Assembly (NCBI GenBank): GCA_021613535.1
Contig: CP075494.1
Location: forward strand, 8,680,001-8,744,000
Source: Adineta vaga
Lineage: Eukaryota; Animalia; Rotifera
Length of the DNA: 64,000 nt
Direction of reading: 5' to 3'
Made by a program: the position numbers and the translations under genes. Shown piece after piece: positions 27,545 to 38,757 of the stretch (its first letter is position 1; each line of letters begins with the position of its first letter). The notes beneath the pieces are model-generated. The model saw only the letters and a list, made by a program, of their open reading frames with translations, did not search any database and was not told where the DNA came from.

Positions 27545-29026
27545 CTATTGATCGACTTTTTTCAACTTTATTTGTTGAATTAACGGTAAACTTTCTGGTG
27601 ATAAATTGAAAGAGACACGAATCGAACCATTTTCACCTTTGATATGAAATGCACCACGTAATTGATTTTTTGGCGTTAATTCTTCGATGGCAACAATTTG
27701 TCCTATTTGATTTAATAATTCTTCAAATGTTGCTTTTCGTAGTTCTAATGATGTATCAATAAAAAAATTTTCAGCGAAAATCATCGACAGTTCTGAATCG
27801 GACATTTTCCAATTGGTTTTCAGTAACAAATTGATTAGTTGTTCTTTTCGTTCAGCAAGAATTTTCGATATGGGTAATTTTCGAGGTTGCAAATCTGCTA
27901 GTTTAATCAACTGATCGATAATATTTGTATTGATATGGCCTAAATCTGCATAGGTACTATTTGCGAAAGATATCAATCCTATGCCGTGTTCAGGTAACAT
28001 TACCCAATTACTGCCAAAACCCGGCAAGCCTCCTGAATGATCGATGGATACTACGCCGTCATGATTTTTACTCCAGAAAAGTCCATAACAATAGGCACTG
28101 GTTACTGGACACGGACGATGTGGATACATTTCAAGTTTGATAAAATTCCATGGATGATGCATTTCACGTAATGAACTACGTCGTAATGGTCCATATTCAG
28201 GTTCATTTCGTGCAGGCCAAGCTTGTAAATGAAACGAAACATATTTACTAAAATCTTCGATTGAACTAATTAAACCACCCATTGCACCAAAAGATCCATC
28301 CGGAAGTGGTATTTCTTTTAAATAATGTTCACATTCCCATCGATATCCATTAACTAATAATTCCGATGGAGCATCACTATATTCCCAAAAAGTATTCGTC
28401 ATTCCCAATGGATCAAGAATTTCTCGTTTAATATATTTTTGATAAGAAATCTCGGATACCACTGTAATTATACGTCCTAACATCGCATAAGCAAGATTAG
28501 TATATTCCCAAATTGTTCCAGGTGGATTCGATAATGTAATTCCTGTTTTCAATAGTTTTAAAAACTCTTCTTCAGGCAATGCTAATTGTCGATCACCCCA
28601 TGGATCATCTTCTGGCATACCAGCATCTTGAATTAACAGATGACGAATAGTTATAATCGGTCCATCTGTTGTTAGTTCATCCGTTATTGTTACTTCAGGA
28701 ATATATCTGCCAATTGGATCATCAAGACGAAGTTTACCATCATCACGAAGTTTAACAATAGCCATGGCAGTGACACTTTTTGTCATTGATGCAATACGAA
28801 AAAGTGATTTTGTTGTAGGTGGTACTTTTTGTTCGACATCAATATAACCAAAACTACGACTGCTAAATATTTGTCCATCTACCACAATTCCATAGATGAG
28901 ACCAGGAAAATGATTTATTGTAAATTCGTTTTGAAAAAGTTCCTCAATAGCTGGTAACACATTCTTTAACTTTTCTAAGCGATGTTCATCAGTAAATACA
29001 GGTGGTTCATATGAATTAGATATCAT
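27545..29026 (-). CDS. Beta-lactamase-family (class C-like) serine hydrolase, bacterial type; CDS without introns
   Basis: SxxK (FRIASMTKS), YxN (EYTNLAY) and HSGG motifs, plus PEDDPWGDRQL. The ATG at 29026 follows a 46-nt 5' UTR intron (29032-29077). Confidence 0.92.
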   Translation of the reverse strand: MISNSYEPPVFTDEHRLEKLKNVLPAIEELFQNEFTINHFPGLIYGIVVDGQIFSSRSFGYIDVEQKVPPTTKSLFRIASMTKSVTAMAIVKLRDDGKLRLDDPIGRYIPEVTITDELTTDGPIITIRHLLIQDAGMPEDDPWGDRQLALPEEEFLKLLKTGITLSNPPGTIWEYTNLAYAMLGRIITVVSEISYQKYIKREILDPLGMTNTFWEYSDAPSELLVNGYRWECEHYLKEIPLPDGSFGAMGGLISSIEDFSKYVSFHLQAWPARNEPEYGPLRRSSLREMHHPWNFIKLEMYPHRPCPVTSAYCYGLFWSKNHDGVVSIDHSGGLPGFGSNWVMLPEHGIGLISFANSTYADLGHINTNIIDQLIKLADLQPRKLPISKILAERKEQLINLLLKTNWKMSDSELSMIFAENFFIDTSLELRKATFEELLNQIGQIVAIEELTPKNQLRGAFHIKGENGSIRVSFNLSPESLPLIQQIKLKKVDQ

Positions 29027-29836
29027 GATATCTAAAATGAGAGAAGAAAAAGTAGATTCAAAAGTTTCATGCGACACCTATCAATCAAGATGAAGTTTTC
29101 AGTTTCCGTTGAATACCATATGGTGTTTTCTTTGCTTGATGGTATACAACGACTAAGACAAACAAAAACCTGGATAATTTTGATTAATAAACTAATTCTT
29201 GCTAAACAACTATTCTAAGACAAAACATTTGCTTACTATGATCTTACAAAGTGAATTTTATATTGAACGAACGAAGATTTTGATCAAATAAAATGCAATG
29301 AGAGAATATGATTAGAGTTACTATTAACCACCTTCAAGTCACACAATGACTCGACGTATTTTTCTTTCTTTTCTGTTAACTCGACTTGTGTGTTTATCTT
29401 ACGATATAGAAAGTACGAAGTGTTTCTCTACAATAAAATGTTTATTTATTCGATTTTACAATAAAAAGATAAAATTTGAACATGTTGATTTTTCAATGTT
29501 ATCAACGATTATAAACTAGATAATATGTTTGAAATATGCTTTTGAGTATCCAATAACCAGAAATATGATAAATCATTTAGATACATTGCATCATCTGTTT
29601 TTCGAAATACGCACGTCTTTTGCAATATTAAAACAACATTTATTTCGACGTCGACAAAAGAGATTCATAGTTTAAAAAAACAAAACATTACCCGTAACGT
29701 TACTCATATGTTTGTTAATTATAATTGCGCAATAATTGCGATGACTCAAGGACGAATATAAAAATGAAAAATCAGTTGGCATATTGTTACAAATGAATCT
29801 TTTGCTTACACAACTATATACAAATCAACTAAAAAA

Positions 29837-31671
29837 ATGGCTTCGAATCAGCAACAATATGATGAGCAATTGAAATTGCTCCAAGAACGTTTTCCAACAG
29901 AATCCAGACATGCATTACTACGTCAATTAGAAAAGAACAATGGTGACGTTGATCAGGTATGAAATCTTCCTTGTTTTCTAATGCTTTTTTTGCCCGCTCA
30001 AACCTCCTTTGCGGGTGAATGGAGGTTATCATTTGTATCTATTACTAGAATGATAATTCAACTTCGATTTTGCTAAAATATTTCTTCTCTGATCAGGTCC
30101 GTGCACATTTTTTTCAACGAGAATTTCGTCACAAAAAATTGGAATCACTCGAAACTCGATATGGTAGTACATTAAATGCATTACAACAAGAATATCCTTC
30201 ATCTCACTCACTAAAACGTTCAAGTTTACTTAAAACAATGGAACGTTTTGGTGGAGAAACTGAATATGTTCGACAATATCTTGAAAGACTCGGTATTGAA
30301 TCAGATGATCGTGTAATTGATCCAGATGAAACAAAAGAACAACAACGAGAAAGATTGAGAAAGAAATATGCTGTTCAATTAGCTGAATTATCATCGGCTG
30401 GTATAAATATCAAATGTCCTTGTGTACTTACGCAACTTGAGAAAAATCATGGTGATGTCCATAAAGTAATATAAAAAAAGATAAATTGATATAGATTCAT
30501 GTATTCGTCTACAATAGATATTGGAAATAATGACACGTCATAAAGAAAAAAAGGATAAAATATATGAACTCGATTTAAAATACAAAGATCAAATTGCTCA
30601 GCTTGAAGCTGATGGTGTTAAAGTAAAGAATAAACAATATTTATTACAGTTATTAGACAAAGCAGATGGACAGATAGATAAAGTTAAAGAGCTTTTAGCC
30701 GAAAGAAATGAACAAAAACATTCGATCAATTCATCATCTGAAGGAGGTGAGAAAAAAAAGGACGCCTCTTTGAAGAAACAACATAGTATTAATATTGATG
30801 ATCTCGATCATATCAAACAACTACGTGCTGCAGGTATACATGGAAATCCTGTCAAAATTCTTGCTGTGTTTCATGAATGTAATGATTCTATCGAATTAAC
30901 TATTGCTCGATTTCAAAAAGAACGTGAAGAACGTGAAGAACAGTCAGAAAAACGACTTCAAGTAAATTATTCGAATGATTCAAACTGTTTTACAATTCAT
31001 TTATTTTTCTTTTTCTAGCAACGTATATCACTTGCAGAAATTCATGATTCTTATTTGAATATAAATCATCAAAATGATTGGCCGAATGATATAGAACAAG
31101 TTTATTTAGATGGAAATAATATGATGTTTGTCATTGATACTCTTCGTCAACTCTGTTTGAATCGTGCTAGTCAAAAAACTGAACGAGCTATTGCACAAAT
31201 AGCTAATGCCTGGAATGAACAAATGTGTATTCCGAATGTTGAACTTATTTTTGATTCGACTCATCAATTAGATCAAATTGGTAGTATAAAAGTAACCAGT
31301 GCACATCCAACATATTCGACAACGGACGATATGCTCATCGACATTGCTCGACGAACTCATAATCACGAAAAGAATAAACATACAATTATAGTTACATCGG
31401 ATCGTGCTCGCCATACAGGTATATTGGTTTGAATCTTTCTCTCAGTCTACTTTTTTTTAATCATTTATTTTATTATTTAAACAAAATTTAGTTAAAACAT
31501 GAAGGATGTCAATTAGTGAAATCGTATGCATGGTTTGCTCATTGTGCAATGATATTAACACCAGATTTAATCAATGAAGAAGAATCATCATCGACTGATG
31601 CAACGCCAAAATCAAGAAAATCTCGATACAATCTTGATGAACTTGTTCATCGTATTGCTCAAATAGATTAA
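29837..31671 (+). CDS. Tandem CUE/UBA-like repeats fused to a YacP-like NYN (PIN-fold) ribonuclease domain
   Basis: Exons 29837-29956, 30097-30465, 30518-30961, 31019-31426 (or 31418), 31492-31671. Five three-helix repeats (e.g. QLKLLQERFP...LEKNNGDVDQV; YAVQLAELSSAGI...LEKNHGDVHK), then YLDGNN / LIFD / TTDDML / IVTSDR. Confidence 0.75.
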
Positions 31672-32363
31672 AATACATTCGTTTTTCTTAATGATGAAAA
31701 ATAGGTCTTTTTTTACTTCTTTTTTTTTTCTTTTAAAATAAAACTTTGTTGAATTAAATCATTAGTTATATCTTTCAAAATACGTTCAACATAAAAATGA
31801 TAAGAATATATGTATATATACGTTTGTGTATTGAAAGAGTGATTTATCATCGATGTTTTATGAGAAGGATGAAAGGAAGACTTTTCATACATGTCATCGA
31901 ATGCATTCGAGTGTAACGCGTGACCGTCTAACGCCATGATCAAATACACTCGTATAAAAAATTGATTGCGTTTGTTGTTTGATTCAATCGGACAACTCAC
32001 TTCTTTTTTTTTACCTTTCGGTTATACGAGTATGTCGTGTTAATATCTATAGGTTGTTCACATCGTTGTAGCGCTCATTCGGTTTTCTTTCTCTCTTTTT
32101 TGTTCAATCAAAGCGTAACCGAAAGTTTAATCAGACGTTGATAAAAGACAATCGAAGTTGGCTGTGTCTCATCGATAGAAGTGATCAACAATTGAGCGGT
32201 CGTATTGGCAAGAGTAAGTTGAATTAGACATCTGAAATATAAAAATATTCATTGTGGACAAACTGTATCTGATTATATATATATATATATATATATATGT
32301 ATTTACAAATAGAATTGGTTTTCTTTAGATAAATTATTGAATAAAATCAAATTAGAAAGAAAA

Positions 32364-34560
32364 ATGCCTCCTGCAACCTTACCAAAATCTTCTACTCCTC
32401 TTAGTACATTGTCATCGGTAGCTACAAATAATACTACAATGGCTGTGCAAAGTGGTCCGTATACAAAAACGCAATGTAAATGAAATCTTTTTATTTTCGA
32501 TTCGATAAGATTTCATTTAAATTCGGGTTTATTTTAGTTCAAAGTACAATGGAAGGTTCTCGAACAATTAAAAGTTCGAAAGAGGTTGAACAACTTCTTC
32601 GTGATTATCCAGCTGCATTAGAACTTTATCGAACAGGAAAATATAAAGTTAAAGTTAAATGTGAAGCTGATGTCGAACGTGTTATTCTTGTTGAAAAACG
32701 ATCACCAAAAGCTACTTCTAATAATTCATCTGCTGCTAATGATGTTCATGAAGCAAATCAAACAGTTCCTGATATTTCAACAACTACAGAACCAGATAAA
32801 GATATAAAAAAAGATCGAAGTCCAAGACGTTCACGTAGTCCAACACAATATCAAGATCGTATTGCACCGACGACAACATCAATCTCACAATCTGGTAATA
32901 TTGTTCATACAACAATATCTTCAATTCGTATGACAAGTAATACTCAACCAAAAGTTGAACATCAACGAACACATTCAAAAGAACGTGAAACATCTGTAAC
33001 ACCACAACAAAAACAATCTGATAATCATCGTAGTCATTCACGTGAGAGTCAACGTAAGGCATCCTATAGCAAACAACAAGGTAATAAGATCAATCGAGAA
33101 TATCCCAAGATGATGATGCCATATGTTCCCAATGCTACTAATCCTGGAAATGTTTGGCAACAACAACGTCCTGTTCAACCTTATTTTAGCAATCCTTTAT
33201 TACAACAACAACAACGTTCCAATTTATTTATGACTCCATCATTTGTTCCACAACAAAATCCAATCTATCGACAACCTTATTATTATGGTCAACAACCACC
33301 TGCGCATGTTGTCTATCAACAACCACAACAGTAAATTAATATTCAATAAACATACAAATTATCTTTTCTTTCTATATCTATTCTTCTTTTAGACAACAAC
33401 CTTATCCACCCCTATCCGTATCAACTGTCGGTAAAGCCAAATTACATTCTACCCACAATTATTCCGCATCATCACGATCTGCATCGAATACGATGGGACT
33501 TCCACCATCTTTTCGTACATTTCATTCCAATCAACAGCAACATGCAACTCTACGTCCTATGTATCAAGCACAAGTTCCTTTTCCTTTCAATCCTCAATGG
33601 GCTAATATGGCTAATCAACCTATGGCTAATATGATGCCAAATAATAACATGTATGTTGATCAAAAACGTGGTGCACGAGATCGTGCTCGAAGTGTTGATA
33701 CAGGTGGTCGTAATAATCCATCAATGCGTTTACCTCATATATTCCCACAACAACAGCTACAACAATTGCAACAGCAACAACAACAGCAACAACAGCAACA
33801 ACAACAACAACAACAACAACAACAGCAGCAGCAGCAACAGCAATCTGTTCCTATGATGGAAACAAAAGTTCAACATCATCATCGCCATCGATCTCATCAT
33901 ACTGGCCAGTCGGTAACAAATAATAAAGAACAAAATGTTACACCTGTATGAACAGATAATTCCAATCTATTTAATATATCTTATTTTTTTATCTTCGTTT
34001 TTTTTAGAAAGAACCAGCACCTGTTGGTACTGGTGAAAAATTAACTGTCCGTCAGCTCAATGGTTTGTAGTTTCTTTTCCTCAAAAATTCGAATCTTGTT
34101 ATCAACATTTTCTCTGTAGACATGTTCATGCAAATGGATCCAACAGGTCGATTACCTTATAGTTCAATACCATCTGTTTTACAACGTTTTAGTATTACCT
34201 TAACTGAAAATGACGTTACTACAGCTGGAAAAGAACTTGGATACAATTGTGAGAAACATCTAACTTTATACGTGATTTTTATTCAAATATTTTTTTGTTT
34301 TGTAGTAAATGAGGCAATATCTGCTCGTCGTCTTGTTCATATCTTAGTTAAATTAGGCAAGATAACTAAATCCAATCAACAACGTCAACCTGTTTCACCG
34401 TCGATGTTACCTGAAGATCGTGAAGTTACGGATATAATGACACAACGAAAAGTATGTCAATTCTTAATCATTTCCAATCAATCTGAAGTACTTTCGTTTT
34501 TTCTAGGCCAAAGCTACTCATTCAGAATCATCAACTCAACCTACTACTCAATGGAATTAA
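32364..34560 (+). CDS. Uncharacterised Gln/Pro-rich low-complexity protein with a C-terminal EF-hand-like module
   Basis: Spliced ORF MPPATLPKSS...; N-terminal globular segment (EVEQLLRDYPAALELYRTGKYKVKV); Q/P/Y-rich middle with Q25; C-terminal MFMQMDPTGRLPYSSIPSVLQRF...; stop at 34558-34560. Confidence 0.7.
33769..33843 (+). repeat. Mixed CAA/CAG repeat encoding 25 consecutive Gln
   Basis: Read directly from the sequence. Confidence 0.95.
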
Positions 34561-35609
34561 TTCTTTAGACTTCTAACAATAGAATAATAATTTTTCAATC
34601 ATTTTTTTCTGCTCATGATTTTGTGAATGTAGTTTATTTGATAAATATTGAATTAGAATCAAAGCAAATATGAAATACGCACATTAATTTTGATACTGAA
34701 AATATGAAGGTTTCATTTAAGTCACTTGTATCTATCATATTTAAAATCTACAAAGAAAAAAAAACTTCTATATGCTGTTCGATTATTGTCAACGATTTTA
34801 ATGTCATTGATAATATAGTTATCTGATATACAGTTTCGATACTTGTAAAAAAATGAATTTGCATAAGTTTTAAATTGAAAATTATATTTCTTTTCGTGAC
34901 TAACTTGATGAAAAGAGTAAAATATCTTTAACAGCATTTGATTACTATTCAGAAGGAAATTGCCATGTGCTTCTATAATGAATGTACGCGTACAGATGTA
35001 ATTCAAGGTACACAGTCGTTGATGACCATGAACTACGATGAAGGTTTATAATAAATTGAGATATAAAGAAGTAAAATATCTTTCCCACATCGTCCTTATA
35101 TTAATCAACGTTTATCTGTAGATATATCGAAAGGTTTTATGGCTTATTATGTCAAGAAACACGTATGCATTCTACCATGAAGTAAAGTTAATGCGATTGA
35201 AGTTAATTGAATATGAATTCTCCTTCGTTTATATATTCGATAAGATGTATTATATAGATTGTAAAAGCTATATGCCAAAAAATCGTCTTTTTTCGAGCAA
35301 TTCTTTATACAAATCAAATATCATAATTCAATTCGGAAAACGGATGTTCTTTCGTCTCATATTTGAATCAATTTTTTGTAATTTTTCGTTCGTAAGATCA
35401 TCGTGCTGCAAAATGACATAAAAGTATGCTTATATTTATCAGATCACATCGCATCAATAAATTCATAGAAAAATTTCAAATATTCAATTTGATTATTCTT
35501 TTTTTTCAAAGAAATCACTAGTAAATCAGTATTTTTTATAGATGGAACTGGTTTTGCCGGAATATAAATTATTGAAAAACTTTCATCAACTAAAAATTAG
35601 AAAAGCGAC

Positions 35610-35913
35610 TCAAAAATAATCTTGACACGAACGACGTCCGTCAGAAAAGTTATGGATACGGTTGGTATCTCAGATTCGGATTTTGCATTGACGAATTTGT
35701 GTTATTAATTTCGTTGCTGCATCTATAATAAAAAAATGAAACTATGACGTGAATTAAAAGAATATAAATGACAATAGTCAACTATTCATTATGACCACAT
35801 AACACTGTTGGAATTGTTTCATCATCTTTCATTGGGCGAGTTATTCAACTAATATCATATGTGTGACCATGGTGAAGAAGTTCAAATGATAAACGTTCTA
35901 ATTCTTCATAAAT
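35610..35913 (-). pseudogene. DYW-type cytidine deaminase domain relic (C-terminus of a PPR-DYW gene)
   Basis: IYEELERLSFELLHHGHTYDIS*ITRPMKDDETIPTVLCGHNE*LTI...(H)AATKLITQIRQCKIRI*DTNRIHNFSDGRRSCQDYF* follows the DYW pattern HSEKLA...CxDCH...RDxNRxHHF..G.CSCxDYW. Three stops; the CxxC segment is deleted. Confidence 0.85.
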
Positions 35914-36092
35914 GGTCTATATATCATTATACGTTTTCTCAGCTATTATAATGCGATACGAAGCATTTATTAGTCCTGCGTCATTTTGTGCGATGGTCTC
36001 ACCAACAGTAGATAATGTCAGGTCCCCTTATGACGTAAAATGACTTCCGCCCTAACTCTATAACCCACATGTAAGGATCGAGTGAAAACAAC

Positions 36093-36452
36093 TTATCCTA
36101 ATAAAGTTGATAAAATGGGAAAAAGTAGATCATATAATAGGGTTGTATCTTGTCTAACAATGGCAAACTTAACATCAAGTAGATTTAGGACGTGTTTAAC
36201 GTGCTTAGCTCTCCATTGGTGAGAAATAACACGTTTGATTTGAAATTGTCGTTGATGATTGTTTTCCTTGATGTGGCGTATACGATTGCGGCGGTTGAGA
36301 GCTTCACGAGAACTATGGCTATTGCGCGAAGGTGGTGGAGGTTGCAAGAGATGGTCGCAGTGTTGTTCAATGGAATTGAGAACGATGTTGCGGTCGGCAT
36401 GATGAAGATGCACGTGGTCTTCAGCCAGCTGAACATCTTGTACGTTGTACAT
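36093..36452 (-). other. GC-richer intronless ORF fragment, probably mobile-element derived
   Basis: Composition differs from the flanks. The basic ORF (SREALNRRNRIRHIKENNHQRQFQIKR) lies where the PPR part of the DYW gene should be. No family recognised. Confidence 0.3.
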
Positions 36453-36863
36453 AACAATAACAGAGAAATGAAGTAGAAAAGAAGAAACGGAAGAAAATAC
36501 GAATGTGCCTAGAGAAAAGGAAATAGGATTAGAGAGAAAAACTAGACGATGTGAATATGTCTATGCGAAGAGGAAAGACTTGTCCAATCACATGTACATA
36601 TATGACTGGACATTGGCGTTGATAGAGAGGTCTCTATTGACGATAACAGATCACAAACTATTTAGAGAAAAGACGACTTGTTTTGTTTCTGAAATTTTCC
36701 AAGATAATTAAAATCAAGTTGTCAAAAAGAAAAGTTAGACGTGCTTTTTATTCATTAATTTTTTTTACAGTTGAGAGAACATATAATCACGAATAGCCAC
36801 ATGTATGGAGGTTCCTATTCTAAACAATCGATGTTCTTCATCTCACCAACATTCGATTCATGC

Positions 36864-38757
36864 TTAACGCATCGCATTTTGCGACAAGAAGACATAAAAA
36901 AAAGAAAATTCGTACAAAATTACATAAATGCTAATGATTCCCATCACATTAAATAGTACAAATGAATAAAGTTTATTCGCATTTGATATTGGACAGTTTA
37001 AATCTTCTGACCAATCATCACTACCAACACATCTTTTACAAATCAATATTCCATTTGGATCAACACTATTCTTTATTGTTTTCAATTGATTGTAAAGTTC
37101 TTTTGTGCCGAAAAATTTTTGTTGCCAGTCGATTTCATTGGGATCAGCTTCATTCATATATGCACCTGATTGTGAACCTCCTGAAATTGTTTGTAAAAGT
37201 TTTACTTTTTCCGTAACAAGTTTAGCAAGTTTTTCTTGATCTTCTCGTGACGTTACATCACTCCAACTTTGAGCGTAAACCATATGAAGTAGAGCATTAC
37301 GCCATGCAGGATTAATACTATTATTCTGTGTTGTATTTGCTACTCGACCACCAGCAACAAGATGTCCGATAAGAAATGAATTATTTGCATCTTTCACTTG
37401 AAGAAATATATCGGCAATTTGTTGTGCTTGATTACGAACAATTGTTTCAGGAATTAGTCGAGAACCAAGTATAACATTTTCACCTGTCGGATTTGATGAT
37501 TCTAGCACTATACGAAAGAAATCAACAAATTTTGGAAATTCTATAGTATATGGCTGTGTAAAATTAAAATCAGTATAATTATCAAATAATTGATTTAGCG
37601 TTGCATTTGCTGCATCGATATTTCCATTCGGTAAGAGAAGTGCAAGCATAATCGATTTTACTGTTAAATAGAAATAACCAGCCCATCCGGCATCAGCTAA
37701 TTTTGGTAAAAAATGAATAAAATGATGAACAAAACTCGCGTAACGAATATCGTTTAGTGGAGAAATAAATTGAAAGCTACCGATAACAGATGGTGATGGA
37801 TAAGTACGTAAGACAACTGAGAGTACAACAGCAAAAGTTCCACCACCGCCACCTCGTAATGCCCAAAATAAATCAGAGTTTTGACAGGAATTTACTGTTT
37901 CTCGACGTCCATTAACTAGAATAACATCAAACTCAAGAATTTGATCAGCAGCCATTCCTTGCCATCGTGTTAATGGACCATGACCACCGCCTTGTAAAAA
38001 ACCACCCGTAGCACCGACAGTACTTGATGCTCCACCAATAGCTATTAAATTATATGTGGCTAACCAGTTATATACTTCACCCCATTGTACACCAGCACCG
38101 ACACGAATAACATTTGAGATATTTTCACCAGTACACGATGTCCACTTATCTAACAATGTAAGATTTTTCATATGATGTAACCAAAGAAGAAAAGCACCAG
38201 CAGCTGTTGATCGACCTAAATAATCATGTCCAGTCGTTTTTATTACAAGATGTAAATTATAAGTATTAACAAATTGCATAGTTGCTTGAACATGTTCAGG
38301 TAATGTTGCATTTACTGCTAAGATAGGAACAGATCCTTGATTACAAGTAGTACTATTAAAAACAACTGAACATGAACTATTTTCCCAATTATGATTTTGC
38401 ATAGCGCCTGCTTGATTACTTCGCCAAGAAGAATTTGTCCATTCCTGTTTTGCTACGTCACATGCATTAACATTGAATGAATTAGAATTACAAACAGCAG
38501 CTGATGGTTGAGGAGAAACAAGTCGTCCATTAATGGATTCATTAAAAGTTTGCCATACTGATGCATTTGGCCAGCATGTTTTATCATATGATAAACATCG
38601 ACAACGTCGTTCTTTCAATATAATAAACAAATGGCAACTATAAATAAAATGTCATTTGAAAAGAATATCTACCTGACACTGCTAGACGTTGACATAGAAC
38701 GTGATTGTCAAGAGAAAAGCAAAGGATAAGAGCGAGTTGTGCATAAAGTGAATGTAT
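36864..38757 (-). CDS. Berberine-bridge-enzyme-like FAD-linked oxidoreductase (fungal type), probably secreted or GPI-anchored; start codon unclear
   Basis: CRC...CWP N-terminus, LVIKTTGHDYLGRS (FAD His), GGGHGPL, DLFWALRGGGGGTF, AYMNEAD, LKTIKNSVDP...C..CVGS and a hydrophobic C-terminal tail. A 61-nt intron (38612-38672) joins a signal-peptide-like exon. Confidence 0.88.

Noticed and set aside
29985-30027. -1 ribosomal frameshift signal (U7 plus pseudoknot)
   Set aside because: It lies within an intron, has no spacer between slippery run and stem, and no sensible shifted ORF follows.
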